64,000 nt of DNA from Candidatus Hydrothermarchaeum profundi (GCA_002011125.2 MTMF02000009.1:1480989-1544988), one strand, 5' to 3'; shown: positions 48,498 through 59,357, counted from the stretch's first letter. The notes: generated from the sequence alone by a model not told the origin. Numbers and translations are program-made.

Positions 48498-49817
48498 ATG
48501 CTAGGAAAGCTGAAAGATATCGTAGGCAAGGAGAATTTCTCTGCCTCAAAAGAAGATTTAATTTCTTATTCCAAAGATTTTTCGCATTATGAGGTACTCC
48601 CATTAGCGATAGTAAGACCGAAAAACGCCGAACAAGTTATCAAGATTGTTAAGTTTGCAAGGGATAATAGACTCTCGCTTATCCCTAGGGGTGCAGGCAC
48701 TAATACATGTGGGCAGACTGTAGGTAGTGGGATAATTATTGATATGACGCAGATGAACAAAATATTAGAAATTAATGAAAAGGATTTTTACTGCATAGTA
48801 CAACCTGGTGTGGTATTAGATGAACTCAATCGAGAGCTTCGGTTTAAGGGACTATTTTTTCCACCTGATCCTGCAAGTTCTAAAGCATGTACAATAGGCG
48901 GCATGGTAGCTAATAATTCTTCAGGACTTCATGCAGTTAAGTACGGCGTAACTAAGGACTATGTTTTGTCATTAAAGGTTGTTTTGCCTAATGGTGAGAT
49001 GATTAAGACAGGCTCCCTTGCTTCCAAATCTTCGTCGGGGTATAACTTAACCCGACTCCTTGTAGGAAGTGAGGGAACTTTAGGTATTTTTACCGAGATA
49101 GCTCTTCGAATACTTCCCCTGCCAGAAAGCTCTCGAACGCTCGTATTCGGTTTACATAGCGTAGAACAAGCGGAACCTCTAGTACAAGAAATTTTAAGAG
49201 AATCGAGTCCTGCCGCATTAGAAATTATGGACGAGATATGCGTCTTTTCTCTGAGAAAAAGATATAATCTAGACTTTTCTCGTGAGGTATTGCTTGCGGT
49301 AGAGTTTCAAGGCAGTACTGAAGAAGTTGAGAGAGGGATAAATTCGATAGAAAAACTTGGAAGCACTATAGAAATGCGTGAAGACATCTGGGAATATAGG
49401 AAAAAACTCGTACCGGCGCTTATGAATTATAGGAAGGGAGCCATCCCTTATGCGGTTACTGAGGATATAGGGGTTCCTATATCCATGGTAGTTGAAGCTA
49501 TACTAAAAATCAAAACAATATATAGAGAAGCTGGATTTGAAGTAGCTGTTTATGGTCATTGCGGTGATGGAAATCTTCATATGCGGGTTTTTTCAGATGA
49601 GAATGCGTTTCAAGAGCTTATTGAGATTTCAGGGAAAGTTTATGACTATGTTTTGAGTATAGGAGGCACGATAACAGCTGAACATGGAGTTGGGATGCTG
49701 AGAAGCGGATATTTAATAAAGGAACATGGCAAAGCTTATGGATTGATGAAAAAAATCAAGAAAGCAATAGATCCAGATAGCATTATGAACCCTGGGAAAA
49801 TCTTAGAGGAGGTATGA
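48498..49817 (+). CDS. FAD-linked 2-hydroxyacid oxidoreductase (GlcD / D-lactate dehydrogenase family)
   Basis: PRGAGT, FPPDPAS...TIGGM, GSEGTLG, GH.GDGNLH, AEHGVG, MNPGK. Confidence 0.9.
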   Translation: MLGKLKDIVGKENFSASKEDLISYSKDFSHYEVLPLAIVRPKNAEQVIKIVKFARDNRLSLIPRGAGTNTCGQTVGSGIIIDMTQMNKILEINEKDFYCIVQPGVVLDELNRELRFKGLFFPPDPASSKACTIGGMVANNSSGLHAVKYGVTKDYVLSLKVVLPNGEMIKTGSLASKSSSGYNLTRLLVGSEGTLGIFTEIALRILPLPESSRTLVFGLHSVEQAEPLVQEILRESSPAALEIMDEICVFSLRKRYNLDFSREVLLAVEFQGSTEEVERGINSIEKLGSTIEMREDIWEYRKKLVPALMNYRKGAIPYAVTEDIGVPISMVVEAILKIKTIYREAGFEVAVYGHCGDGNLHMRVFSDENAFQELIEISGKVYDYVLSIGGTITAEHGVGMLRSGYLIKEHGKAYGLMKKIKKAIDPDSIMNPGKILEEV

Positions 49818-49818
49818 G

Positions 49819-50964
49819 ATGGTCAAGCAGAAGCTTATGATACCGGGACCTGTGAGTCTTACGCCTGAGGTACTTCAGGAAATGGCACGTCCCTTAATAG
49901 GGCATAGAACCCCAGATTTTGAAGAAATTTTAATCAAATGCTGGGACAACATGAAAGAGATAATGCGTACAAAAAATGATATAATACTTATAACCGGGTC
50001 AGGTACCGCCGGCATGGATGCCGCCATAGCTAGTACTATTGAGGAAGGAGATGAATGTGTATGTATAATGGGCGGCAAGTTTGGAGAGCGGATGGCAGAT
50101 ATTGTAAGAAGTTATGGCGGTATTCCAAGAGAGGTTAAAGTTGATTGGGGGAAAGGGGTTGACCCGGACGATGTCGAAAGAGTGGTGGAAGAGAGTGACG
50201 CAAAGGCGATAACCCTTACTCATAATGAGACCTCAACCGGAGTTATACATGATGCGAAGGCTATTGGAGAGATTGCACAGAAGCATGGGCTTCTCTTCAT
50301 AATGGATGGGATTACTTCGGTTGGCGGCGATTTAGTTGAGGTTGATAGGTGGGGAGTTGATATTTGTATCGTCGGCTCGCAGAAATGCCTTGCAGCACCC
50401 CCGGGTTTGGCTATGTTAAGCGTTAGTGAAGATGCCTGGGGAGTAATATCTAATAATAACACCAGAAATTTTTATCTTAATCTCGCTTCTTACAAAAAAT
50501 CACTTAAGAAGAATACGACTCCCTTCACCCCCTCAGTTAGTCTTGTATATGGGTTGTCTAAGGCATTAGATGCGGTTTTAAAAGAGGGCATGGAAAATAG
50601 AATACAGAGGCATAGAACTTTAGCTAAGGCCACAAGAGAAGCTGTTAAGGCGATGAACTTAGAGCTTTTCGCAGATGAAAAGGTTGCATCTAACACTGTT
50701 ACTTCTATACGGATACCAGAGAAGTTAACTGATGAGGATGTCAGAGGAAGAATGAAAAGAGAATTCGGAATTCTTCTCGCTGGAGGTCAAGCACAGGTTA
50801 AAGGAAAAATTTTCCGCATTGGACATATGGGTAACGTTGATTATTTGGATTTGTTGACAGTACTTTCGGCACTAGAGATAGTCCTAAAGAAATCCGGTCA
50901 TGGATTAGTGTTAGGTGAGGGAGTTAGCGCTGCCCAGGAGATAATTTCTAATGAAATCGGTTGA
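49819..50964 (+). CDS. Class V PLP aminotransferase (serine-pyruvate / alanine-glyoxylate / archaeal phosphoserine type)
   Basis: LMIPGP, HNETSTG, GSQKCL..PPG, FRIGHMG. Confidence 0.9.
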   Translation: MVKQKLMIPGPVSLTPEVLQEMARPLIGHRTPDFEEILIKCWDNMKEIMRTKNDIILITGSGTAGMDAAIASTIEEGDECVCIMGGKFGERMADIVRSYGGIPREVKVDWGKGVDPDDVERVVEESDAKAITLTHNETSTGVIHDAKAIGEIAQKHGLLFIMDGITSVGGDLVEVDRWGVDICIVGSQKCLAAPPGLAMLSVSEDAWGVISNNNTRNFYLNLASYKKSLKKNTTPFTPSVSLVYGLSKALDAVLKEGMENRIQRHRTLAKATREAVKAMNLELFADEKVASNTVTSIRIPEKLTDEDVRGRMKREFGILLAGGQAQVKGKIFRIGHMGNVDYLDLLTVLSALEIVLKKSGHGLVLGEGVSAAQEIISNEIG

Positions 50965-53128
50965 GATAACTGAAAAGAATCTTGAAGAGAAGTTTAGGAC
51001 TTTGGCTGAGGAGTCTCCGAACATGATTTTTATTAACCAGGGGGGCAGGGTGGTTTATGCTAATAGGATGTGTGAGGAGGTGATGGGTTATTCGAGGGAG
51101 GAGTTTTATTCTCCAGGCTTTGATTTTCTTTCGCTTATTGCCCCGGAGTCTCGTGACCTGGTAGTTGAGAATTTCCAGAGGCATATGCGGGGCGAGGAGG
51201 TCCCTCCCTACGAGTACACGCTTTTAACGAAGGACGGTAGAAGGATCATTGCGATTCATACTACGAAGCTGATAGAATATGGAGGTGAAAAGGCTATTCT
51301 CGGGATCATAACGGACATAACTGAACGCAAACAAATGGAAGATAAACTGAGAAAGTTGTCTGTAGCTGTTGAAGCTTCTATGGAGGGAATTGCTATCCTT
51401 AATAACAAGGGGGAATATATTTTTTTGAACGATGCTCATGCTAAAATCTATGGATACGAGAGTCCTAAGGAACTGATAGGAAAGACATGGCGGATTTTAT
51501 ACGATGAGAACGAACTTCGCAGGTTCGATAGAGAGATTATGCCTAGGCTCCTTAAGGAAAGGAGATACAGAGGCGAAGCTATTGGAAAAAAGAAGGATGG
51601 AAGTAGATTCTTTCAGGAACTCTCTCTAACTGTTCTGGAGGATGGAGGATTCATATGTATTGTTCATGATATAACTGATAAGAAGAGAGCGGAGGAGCTG
51701 TTAAAAAAATCTGAGAAAGAATATCGTGACCTAGTTGATAATGCTCCTATAGGAGTTTATAAAACAACGTTAGATGGTGAAATTTTATATGCAAATAGGT
51801 CCTTAGCTGAGATGCTCGGTTATAATTCTGTTGAAGATCTGCCTCGTAAGGTTGAGAAGGGATGCACAAACTCTGTAAAATGGTTGTCACTAATCGACCA
51901 ACTTAGGAAATCTGGACGTATTGATATGGCAGAGCTGGAATTAGTAAGGAAAGATGGAAAAACTATAACCGCGCTTTTTAGCGCAACTCTGAGTGGTTCT
52001 GTTCTTTCAGGCATGATAATGGATATAACCGAGAAGAAGAAGCTAGAACAGGAAATCAGAGATATTTTAAATGCTGCACCAGACGTGATACATGTGATTT
52101 CTCCAGAGATGAAGATCACTCATAAGAACGCAATGAGTCAGAGAGTCTTTCCCCAGATTAAGGTAGGCGATTACTGTTACTCAGTCAAAGGCAGGAACTA
52201 TATATGTGATGGCTGTGGAGTTAAGAAAGTTTTTGAAGATGGAAGAATGCATGAGCATGAGTCTATTTTTAAATTGAGTAGCGGTAAAGAGGTTATTATG
52301 CATTCCACTAGTGCGCCTGTCTTTGATGATAAAGGCGAAATAGTGGCTGCTGTAGAAATCCTTAGAGATATTACCGGCAGAAAAAAAGCTGAAGAGAATC
52401 TAAAAATAGCTTATGAAGAGCTCAAAGAATTGGATAAACTTAAGGACGATTTTCTTGGCACGGTTTCTCATGAGCTTCGCACTCCCCTTACATCCATAAT
52501 AGGTTCTTTGGATATACTAAAAGATGACTGTAAGAAAATCTTGAAAAAAGACCAGATGGAATTGCTAGAAATAGCCCTACGGGAATCTGAACGGCTTGAT
52601 TCTCTAATCAGTGATTTATTGGAAATGGTCAGAACGGAAAATAAGCTTACTAGGATGGCTAAAATGAAAATATCTACTAATGAGCTTTTGGAAAGTGCTG
52701 TCGAAGGAGTAAGAATGCAGGCAAATAAGAAGAAAATCAAGCTCCATGTAAGTATCGAAAAGGGATTACCCCAGATTATAGGGGATATCGATCAACTAAA
52801 GAGGGCTATTATTAATCTGCTTACAAACGCTATCAAGTTTAATAAGATCGGAGGGGAAGTTGTATTAGATGCAAGATCAACCGGCTCTAACCTAATTATT
52901 AGCGTTTCCGACACAGGGATCGGCATACCTAAAGGAGAACTCGATAAAATATTTGAGAAGTTTTATAGGGTAGAAACGGGTACAACTAGGTTACATGGTG
53001 GAACTGGTCTGGGATTAGCTATTGTTAAAAAAATTATACATGCCCATGGAGGAGAAATTAAGGTTGAAAGTAAATTAGGTGCAGGAAGTAAATTTACCAT
53101 AATTTTACCTTTGGAGGATAAAAAATGA
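50951..53128 (+). CDS. Cytoplasmic multi-PAS sensor histidine kinase
   Basis: Four PAS/PAC units ending DIT..K; H-box SHELRTPLTSI; NAIKF, DTGIGI, GGTGLGL. Confidence 0.95.
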   Translation: MKSVEITEKNLEEKFRTLAEESPNMIFINQGGRVVYANRMCEEVMGYSREEFYSPGFDFLSLIAPESRDLVVENFQRHMRGEEVPPYEYTLLTKDGRRIIAIHTTKLIEYGGEKAILGIITDITERKQMEDKLRKLSVAVEASMEGIAILNNKGEYIFLNDAHAKIYGYESPKELIGKTWRILYDENELRRFDREIMPRLLKERRYRGEAIGKKKDGSRFFQELSLTVLEDGGFICIVHDITDKKRAEELLKKSEKEYRDLVDNAPIGVYKTTLDGEILYANRSLAEMLGYNSVEDLPRKVEKGCTNSVKWLSLIDQLRKSGRIDMAELELVRKDGKTITALFSATLSGSVLSGMIMDITEKKKLEQEIRDILNAAPDVIHVISPEMKITHKNAMSQRVFPQIKVGDYCYSVKGRNYICDGCGVKKVFEDGRMHEHESIFKLSSGKEVIMHSTSAPVFDDKGEIVAAVEILRDITGRKKAEENLKIAYEELKELDKLKDDFLGTVSHELRTPLTSIIGSLDILKDDCKKILKKDQMELLEIALRESERLDSLISDLLEMVRTENKLTRMAKMKISTNELLESAVEGVRMQANKKKIKLHVSIEKGLPQIIGDIDQLKRAIINLLTNAIKFNKIGGEVVLDARSTGSNLIISVSDTGIGIPKGELDKIFEKFYRVETGTTRLHGGTGLGLAIVKKIIHAHGGEIKVESKLGAGSKFTIILPLEDKK

Positions 53129-53511
53129 GTAAGATAATGGTAGTAGATGATGAAGAAAATATAGTAAAAATAGTTAAGACGATGTTAGAGAGCGCAGGAC
53201 ATGATGTGATTACTGCTAATAGTGGAAGAGAGTGTCTAGAAATATTAAAACATGAGAAGCCGGATCTCATCTTGATGGACGTGATGATGCCAGGCATGGA
53301 TGGATGGGAAACCTGCCGAAAGATAAAAGAAAATTCAGAGACAAAAGATATTATTGTATCCATGCTCACTGTAAAATCTGAGGATGAAGATAAGGTAAAG
53401 AGTTTCGATGAAGCTATAGCCGATTGGCATATCTCCAAGCCAATTAGAAAGGAAAGGCTTGTCCAGACAGTTGAATGGCTTCTGAAAAGGCCTTTTAAGC
53501 GGGAAGAATAA
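53125..53511 (+). CDS. Stand-alone response regulator receiver
   Basis: VVDDE, DLILMDVMMPGMDG, SKP. Confidence 0.95.
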   Translation: MSKIMVVDDEENIVKIVKTMLESAGHDVITANSGRECLEILKHEKPDLILMDVMMPGMDGWETCRKIKENSETKDIIVSMLTVKSEDEDKVKSFDEAIADWHISKPIRKERLVQTVEWLLKRPFKREE

Positions 53512-53548
53512 ACTCCAGAGAAGTTTGCTAGTTTCTCTTTAATATATA

Positions 53549-54757
53549 ATGAGACTTTTTATTATACTCTTTCTAATAATATCGCCTACTCTAGCTTATG
53601 CCTACGAAGTGGATGATATAATAACTTTTGCCGCTCCTGATTCAAGCTATTCTGCTTTAATTGAGCTTATTGATAATGCGAGTAGTATCTACATTAACGG
53701 ATATACTTTCGAGAGCACTTACCTATCGGAAAAGCTGATAGGCAAGGAGAAAGATGGAAGTGAGGTGATAATTATCTTAGAAGGCTCTCCAGTGGGGGGT
53801 TTATCCATTAATGAAAAGAATTTGTTAGAGGAGATGTCATCTTCAGGCGTTGCGCTCTTTTTTAACAGGGCCCTCAACATTAGCTTTAATCACGCTAAAT
53901 ATATAATAGCTGATAATAACACCGTTCTCATAACTACTGAGAATTTCGGCGAAACAGGATTTCCACGAGACGGTTCTCATGGAAATAGAGGGCTAGGGGT
54001 AATACTAGCTGACCGTAATTTAGCTATGTTTTTTGTAGAATTATTTTTTAGAGACCTTAATATGAGCAAAAGAATTACTGAGCTTTCTGGTTTTAAATCC
54101 GCCGAGTTTACGGTGAAAAAGAATTATAAGGCTGAATTCTCTACAGAACGCTACCATGGAAGATATACTGCTATACCGGTTGTTGCACCCGAAGACGCTG
54201 TAGAAGGCATAATACGGCTTATAGAATCAGCTAATGAGTCTGTATATATAGAGCAGATGTACATTTACAGGTTCTGGGGCTCTAAAAGGGAAGGATACCG
54301 CCCAAATAAGTTCTTAGAAGCTTCTATTGACGCGGCTAGGAAGGGGTGCGTGGTTAAAATTCTTATGGACTCCACCTGGTATAACATTTTAGAAGATGAC
54401 CCTCAGAGTAATCTCAAGACAGCCAAGTATGTAAACTCCTTGGCTAAAAGGGAGGGTTTAGATATTGAGGCTAGGCTAATAGACCTAGATAAGGCAGGCT
54501 TCGAGAAGCTTCACGCTAAAAGCGTGATAGTAGACGGTAAGATAGCTCTCATTTCAAGTATAAATTGGAATGAGCATTCACCGACGAAAAATAGAGAGGT
54601 TGGAATCATAATAAATGGAGAGCCTGTAGAGTTTTATAGAAGGGTATTCCTCTCAGACTGGGCTGTATCACAAGATAAAAAGTCTCCCAAACCGGTTCTA
54701 TTGATAATGGGGGTAATTTCTATAATAATTCTGATCGCCTGGTGGGAAAAGAAGTAG
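53549..54757 (+). CDS. Secreted, C-terminally anchored phospholipase D superfamily protein
   Basis: Two HxKxxxxD motifs (HAKYIIAD, HAKSVIVD), signal peptide, C-terminal TM plus KK. Confidence 0.88.
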   Translation: MRLFIILFLIISPTLAYAYEVDDIITFAAPDSSYSALIELIDNASSIYINGYTFESTYLSEKLIGKEKDGSEVIIILEGSPVGGLSINEKNLLEEMSSSGVALFFNRALNISFNHAKYIIADNNTVLITTENFGETGFPRDGSHGNRGLGVILADRNLAMFFVELFFRDLNMSKRITELSGFKSAEFTVKKNYKAEFSTERYHGRYTAIPVVAPEDAVEGIIRLIESANESVYIEQMYIYRFWGSKREGYRPNKFLEASIDAARKGCVVKILMDSTWYNILEDDPQSNLKTAKYVNSLAKREGLDIEARLIDLDKAGFEKLHAKSVIVDGKIALISSINWNEHSPTKNREVGIIINGEPVEFYRRVFLSDWAVSQDKKSPKPVLLIMGVISIIILIAWWEKK

Positions 54758-54767
54758 TATAAAAAAA

Positions 54768-56012
54768 TTAGAGTATCTGAGGGGATTTCCTACGTACAAC
54801 ACCGCGTATTCCATCACTATGTCTTCTGTTCTGCCAATTAGCTTTAGCTATTTCGAATCCCTCAAACAATCTCTTAAGATGTTCCTCCCAAGAATAACTC
54901 TCGATCTTTAATCTTGCGTTTCTACAGAGCTTTTCCCTGTATTCATCGTCTTGGAGCACCTTTACTATTTTTTCAGCGAGCTCATGATAATCCTTATTAT
55001 TTTCTAAGAATATGCAATTTTCCCCTTCTTTATAATATGTTAAATCGGATTCAGGCTCTGCTGGAACTATCACAGGCAACGCTGACGCCATAGCCTCCAT
55101 CACGACAAAAGCTTGAGATTCATGGAAGGACGGAAACACAAAAACATCTGCCATTGAATAATAGCTCGGAGTGTCTTCCCACTCTACCCATCCCGTAAAT
55201 ATGCAATGACTCTGAATCGCTAACCTCGTAGCTAACTTCTTATATTCCTCGAGCTTTGACCCTCCTCCTGCAAACACAAAATAGACCTCCCCAATTTGCC
55301 TAATAACTTCAGGAGCCGCTTTTATCACGGTTTCCACATTCTTTTCATGCGACATCCTACCTAAATTAAGAACAACTTTAGCATCTTTTCCTATCCCCAA
55401 AGTTTCCCTGAACGAATTATCTTTATTCGGAGAGAATTTTAATGTATCCACAGCGAAGGGAGCATATATTATTTTGTCATTTGGAATATTTATCCTTGTC
55501 AACTTTTCACGAAATTTTCGAGTGGCTACGAATATTATACTCGAGCATTTATAGTGCCTCTTAACAACTTCATCTACAAATCTCTTAAATTTCTGCTCCG
55601 GCAGTAGACGTTTACCATCTAGCTTGAATGCATTAGAGAGCATGACACTTTCATCGTGGTGGCAAAATAAGCTGATGGGTTTTCCCATTAGATAAGCTAA
55701 ACTCAGGCTAGCTGAACCTAAGGGGGCCAAGTCATTTATAAAGACTATATCGGCTTTTTTAATATGTTTAGCGAGCTTCAGGCTTGGTATAGCGGGATAA
55801 TAATTTGCTACTTCTATCGGTATGCACGGGGTAAGAACGACCTCAATACCCTCAACTAATGGTTCAACTCTCTCTGTGAATCGAGGAGCTATTAAAGTGA
55901 TATCATACTTATCTCTAAGGAGAGGAAGGATGCTCCTGAGATATGTTAAAACTCCATCTTTCTTTGGCGGATATGTATCAGCTACTACTACTAGCTTTTC
56001 CATGTAAATCAA
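54768..56012 (-). CDS. GT4 family glycosyltransferase
   Basis: DTYPP..DGV, GRMSHEKN, FPS..E.....MEAMA. Confidence 0.9.
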   Translation of the reverse strand: MIYMEKLVVVADTYPPKKDGVLTYLRSILPLLRDKYDITLIAPRFTERVEPLVEGIEVVLTPCIPIEVANYYPAIPSLKLAKHIKKADIVFINDLAPLGSASLSLAYLMGKPISLFCHHDESVMLSNAFKLDGKRLLPEQKFKRFVDEVVKRHYKCSSIIFVATRKFREKLTRINIPNDKIIYAPFAVDTLKFSPNKDNSFRETLGIGKDAKVVLNLGRMSHEKNVETVIKAAPEVIRQIGEVYFVFAGGGSKLEEYKKLATRLAIQSHCIFTGWVEWEDTPSYYSMADVFVFPSFHESQAFVVMEAMASALPVIVPAEPESDLTYYKEGENCIFLENNKDYHELAEKIVKVLQDDEYREKLCRNARLKIESYSWEEHLKRLFEGFEIAKANWQNRRHSDGIRGVVRRKSPQIL

Positions 56013-56013
56013 C

Positions 56014-56388
56014 TCATATAAGGTCTGTTAAACTACTTATTATGCTACTTTGAGTTATCAACCCTACCATCTTTTTACCCCTCACCACAGGAATTCTTTG
56101 ATATCCGGTTTCCACCATTAATTTCATAACCTCTTTCAATGGAGTATCTTCCTCAACTGTCATAATTTTCCTCGCCATTATCTCCTCTACTCTCAGATTC
56201 ATTGCATCATTACCTACGAGTATTATATCTCGATGCGTTATTATTCCCTTAAGTTCATCCTCCTCAACAACAGGCAAACCACCTATTCCTTGTCTCGTCA
56301 TTACAAGCTTAGCGAATGCTACGATGTCGGTAGGTTTTATGGTAACTACCTCTTTTAGCATTACATCTTTTGCCTTTAGTTTAATCAT
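56014..56388 (-). CDS. CBS-domain pair protein
   Basis: GIGGLPVV...GIITHRD, QRIPVV...VGLITQ. Confidence 0.9.
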   Translation of the reverse strand: MIKLKAKDVMLKEVVTIKPTDIVAFAKLVMTRQGIGGLPVVEEDELKGIITHRDIILVGNDAMNLRVEEIMARKIMTVEEDTPLKEVMKLMVETGYQRIPVVRGKKMVGLITQSSIISSLTDLI

Positions 56389-56427
56389 AGTTATAAATAC
56401 TCAAGTTAATATAAAATAATTATCAGG

Positions 56428-57699
56428 ATGACTCAAATAGAATTAGCTAGGAAGGGAGCAACATCAAAGGAAATGGAGGAAATAAGCCAGAGGGAAGGAA
56501 TAGAAGTTGAAATACTTAGAAGAAGGGTAGCGTCAGGTAAAATAGTGATACCGCGAAATGTGGTAAGGGAGGATATTACTGCAATTGGCGTAGGATACGG
56601 TCTAAGAGTTAAGGTGAATGCCAATATAGGTACTTCTCCAGATCGCTCCTCGGCTGAAGAAGAGATAAAGAAGGCCGAGATAGCGGTTAGATATGGAGCT
56701 GACACGCTTATGGACCTTAGTACTGGGGGGGATCTGGATAAGATCAGAAGGAGGATAATGGAGATCCCGGTGCCTCTTGGAACGGTGCCTATCTACCAAA
56801 TTGCTGTTGAAGCTACGAGAAAAAAGGGGTCTATAGTTGAAATAACCGAAGATGATGTATTTAGCGTTATCGAGAATCAAGCAAAAGAAGGCGTTGACTT
56901 TATGACGATCCATGCAGGTATAACTAGTGATAGCTTACAGACCCTTCTTAATCAAAAAAGACTTACGGGTATAGTTAGTAGAGGAGGATCATTACTGGCT
57001 TCATGGATGCTTCACAATGATAAAGAGAACCCATTATATGAGGAATTCGATTATTTGCTAGAAATTGCAAAAGAATACGATGTGACCTTGAGCCTAGGGG
57101 ATGCCCTACGACCGGGGAGTATACACGACGCTACTGATAAGCCGCAAATACATGAACTCCACATCCTCGCTGAGCTGGTTGAGAAGTCGAGAGAGAAAGG
57201 TGTTCAGTGTATGGTAGAAGGACCGGGGCACATACCTATTAACGAGATCGAAGCTAATGTAATATTGGAAAAGAGAATATGTAAGGGAGCTCCCTTCTAT
57301 GTTCTTGGTCCAATAGTTACTGATATCGCTCCAGGATACGATCATATTACAGCTGCTATTGGCGGTGCCATAGCGGCCATGGCCGGAGCAGATTTCCTAT
57401 GCTATGTCACTCCTTCTGAACACTTAGCCCTGCCTGAAATTGAAGACGTCAAGCTAGGAGTTATAGCTGCAAAAATAGCTGCACATGCTGCTGACATTGC
57501 TAAAGGACTAGATCTCGAGAAAGACTATGAGATGTCTAAGGCTAGAGCGGATCTTGATTGGGAGAAGCAGTTTAAAGTCTGTATTGATTCTGATAAGGCA
57601 TCTAAACTAAGAAGAGAGCGTCATCCGAAAGATGAGAGAGTTTGCACGATGTGTGGCGAATTCTGCGCAATGAAGACCGTAAAAGAGTTTTTCAGTTAA
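56428..57699 (+). CDS. thiC: Phosphomethylpyrimidine synthase (ThiC family)
   Basis: KVNANIGTS, MDLSTGG, SRGGS, EGPGH, YVTPSEHL, CTMCGEFCA. Confidence 0.9.
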   Translation: MTQIELARKGATSKEMEEISQREGIEVEILRRRVASGKIVIPRNVVREDITAIGVGYGLRVKVNANIGTSPDRSSAEEEIKKAEIAVRYGADTLMDLSTGGDLDKIRRRIMEIPVPLGTVPIYQIAVEATRKKGSIVEITEDDVFSVIENQAKEGVDFMTIHAGITSDSLQTLLNQKRLTGIVSRGGSLLASWMLHNDKENPLYEEFDYLLEIAKEYDVTLSLGDALRPGSIHDATDKPQIHELHILAELVEKSREKGVQCMVEGPGHIPINEIEANVILEKRICKGAPFYVLGPIVTDIAPGYDHITAAIGGAIAAMAGADFLCYVTPSEHLALPEIEDVKLGVIAAKIAAHAADIAKGLDLEKDYEMSKARADLDWEKQFKVCIDSDKASKLRRERHPKDERVCTMCGEFCAMKTVKEFFS

Positions 57700-59354
57700 T
57701 ATTCTATTATAACATAGATCTGATCCCATTCAAAGTCCTGGTTACCTGAGCCCCCATTTTCATATTTAACCTGTACATCTTGGATCTCTGTTGCATGAAG
57801 TGATGAGGATATAGAAGTGAAGTAGGAGGTTACGTCCAGACTATATATTGCATACGAGCTTGTTGCTTGTCCAGTAAAAGTACCCCACTCATAAGCAGAA
57901 CTATTCCCTACTGAGATAGTCCTTGAAGGGTTTCCTACAGTTCTCCTGTCTCTCCAGTAGACTACGCATGAGGTGATCTCTCCTATACTGCCAGTGGGGT
58001 CATCGAACTTCACGATTTCAATATCCCCGGGGTCAACGGTTATTATATTTGTACTCTCTGCATTGTCAAGCTCTGTATCAATTATATCTGAACTTCCGCT
58101 AGCATTTCCTCCGCTATAAAGTATCTCGGTCTTGTTTCCTTCTCCTACCCTACCTAATCGCATAAGGTTTGAGTCTTCGTTTCCAAAGGAGTCCTCTGCC
58201 CTCACAATATAATAATAGGCAGTAGTGCCTACACTAGAGTCATTATAGGATGTTGAAGTCGTAGTTGCTATTGGTGTAGCAGGAGTAAAATCGCTTGAAG
58301 TTCCCCTATATATCTTATAGGTTATGGGAGCACTATCATCCGTTGCCGGCTGCCATGACAAGATAACATACCCTGAGTAATCCTCTAATTTTTGCAAGCC
58401 ATTAAACCATGGCGGTGTAGTATCTAGGGCTTCAGCCGGAGAGAAACTACCTGGCATTACCACAGCTGAATTGTAGGTAGAGGATCCATAGACAAGCTCA
58501 ATACACCTGCTGCCTCCTCCACTAACTGAAACTTCAAGTTTAAGCATATCTCCATAGGGGATCGTCAGGCCAGCGGTATTAGTTATGGTAAACACATATA
58601 ATGTAGACTCGTTTAGCTTGTTTTCTGACTCTTTACCTATAGTAGTACCATTGTGCGATAGTTTTACTGTTACGCTTGGCTCATTTGTCGGATTTATCTG
58701 GAGGTATGTATCTATGTTTCCAGTTATATTAAAATCTCCTGTTGAATTCAGTGGATCAATTATCCATGAAACAGAACTACCCCCACAGATAGTTTCATTT
58801 ACTTGTGTAGTTCCCTCGTTAAAGCTTAGATTATGTCCTGTAACCAGAAAGAGCACCGCTTGGGGCATGGTTGCCTCTTGTTCTGATTGAGTCGCTTCTG
58901 TGGCGCAACTATCCGCTAGTTCTAGAGGCCCGAGCATCCCCTCGATTCGAGTGCTTAGTCCAGTTATATTTACAGCTATTCCTCGCGTAATATCGTTGAT
59001 ATTCCCTATTTTTATGATGTCCCCAGAGCTATCATAAGTCACATTAATCTCTTCTTCAGCTATTGATATATTAAATCCTGTATAGTTCTCTTCTATATAA
59101 GAGGCCCATTCCCCTGAGAGGTTGTTTTTAATTGCAGTAGTATCATTCCCATAGAGGAGGAAATAACTGCAGCCTGCTTTTTTAAAGCTGTTCTTTATGT
59201 CTTGATATGTATAGTATGTTGCATCTGCCTTAAGAAGAAGTAATGTGGCATCACTTCCAGATTCTGCCATGTGGATAAACGAGGCAGCTAATATAATAGC
59301 AGGAATTGTCAGCAGAAAAGCCATTGCACTAAACACAAAACCTCTATTATCCAA
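57696..59354 (-). CDS. Class III signal peptide (pilin-like) surface protein with an FN3-like domain
   Basis: NRG/FVFSAMAFLLTIPAIILA; DTTPP...LSWQPATDD...YKIYR...YYYIVRAED..GNE. Confidence 0.7.
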   Translation of the reverse strand: MDNRGFVFSAMAFLLTIPAIILAASFIHMAESGSDATLLLLKADATYYTYQDIKNSFKKAGCSYFLLYGNDTTAIKNNLSGEWASYIEENYTGFNISIAEEEINVTYDSSGDIIKIGNINDITRGIAVNITGLSTRIEGMLGPLELADSCATEATQSEQEATMPQAVLFLVTGHNLSFNEGTTQVNETICGGSSVSWIIDPLNSTGDFNITGNIDTYLQINPTNEPSVTVKLSHNGTTIGKESENKLNESTLYVFTITNTAGLTIPYGDMLKLEVSVSGGGSRCIELVYGSSTYNSAVVMPGSFSPAEALDTTPPWFNGLQKLEDYSGYVILSWQPATDDSAPITYKIYRGTSSDFTPATPIATTTSTSYNDSSVGTTAYYYIVRAEDSFGNEDSNLMRLGRVGEGNKTEILYSGGNASGSSDIIDTELDNAESTNIITVDPGDIEIVKFDDPTGSIGEITSCVVYWRDRRTVGNPSRTISVGNSSAYEWGTFTGQATSSYAIYSLDVTSYFTSISSSLHATEIQDVQVKYENGGSGNQDFEWDQIYVIIEY

Positions 59355-59357
59355 AAT

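Noticed and set aside
53549-54757. PLD protein as an anti-phage nuclease
   Set aside because: It has a signal peptide and a C-terminal anchor, and no helicase, methylase or other defence genes are adjacent. A surface phospholipase/nuclease is more likely.
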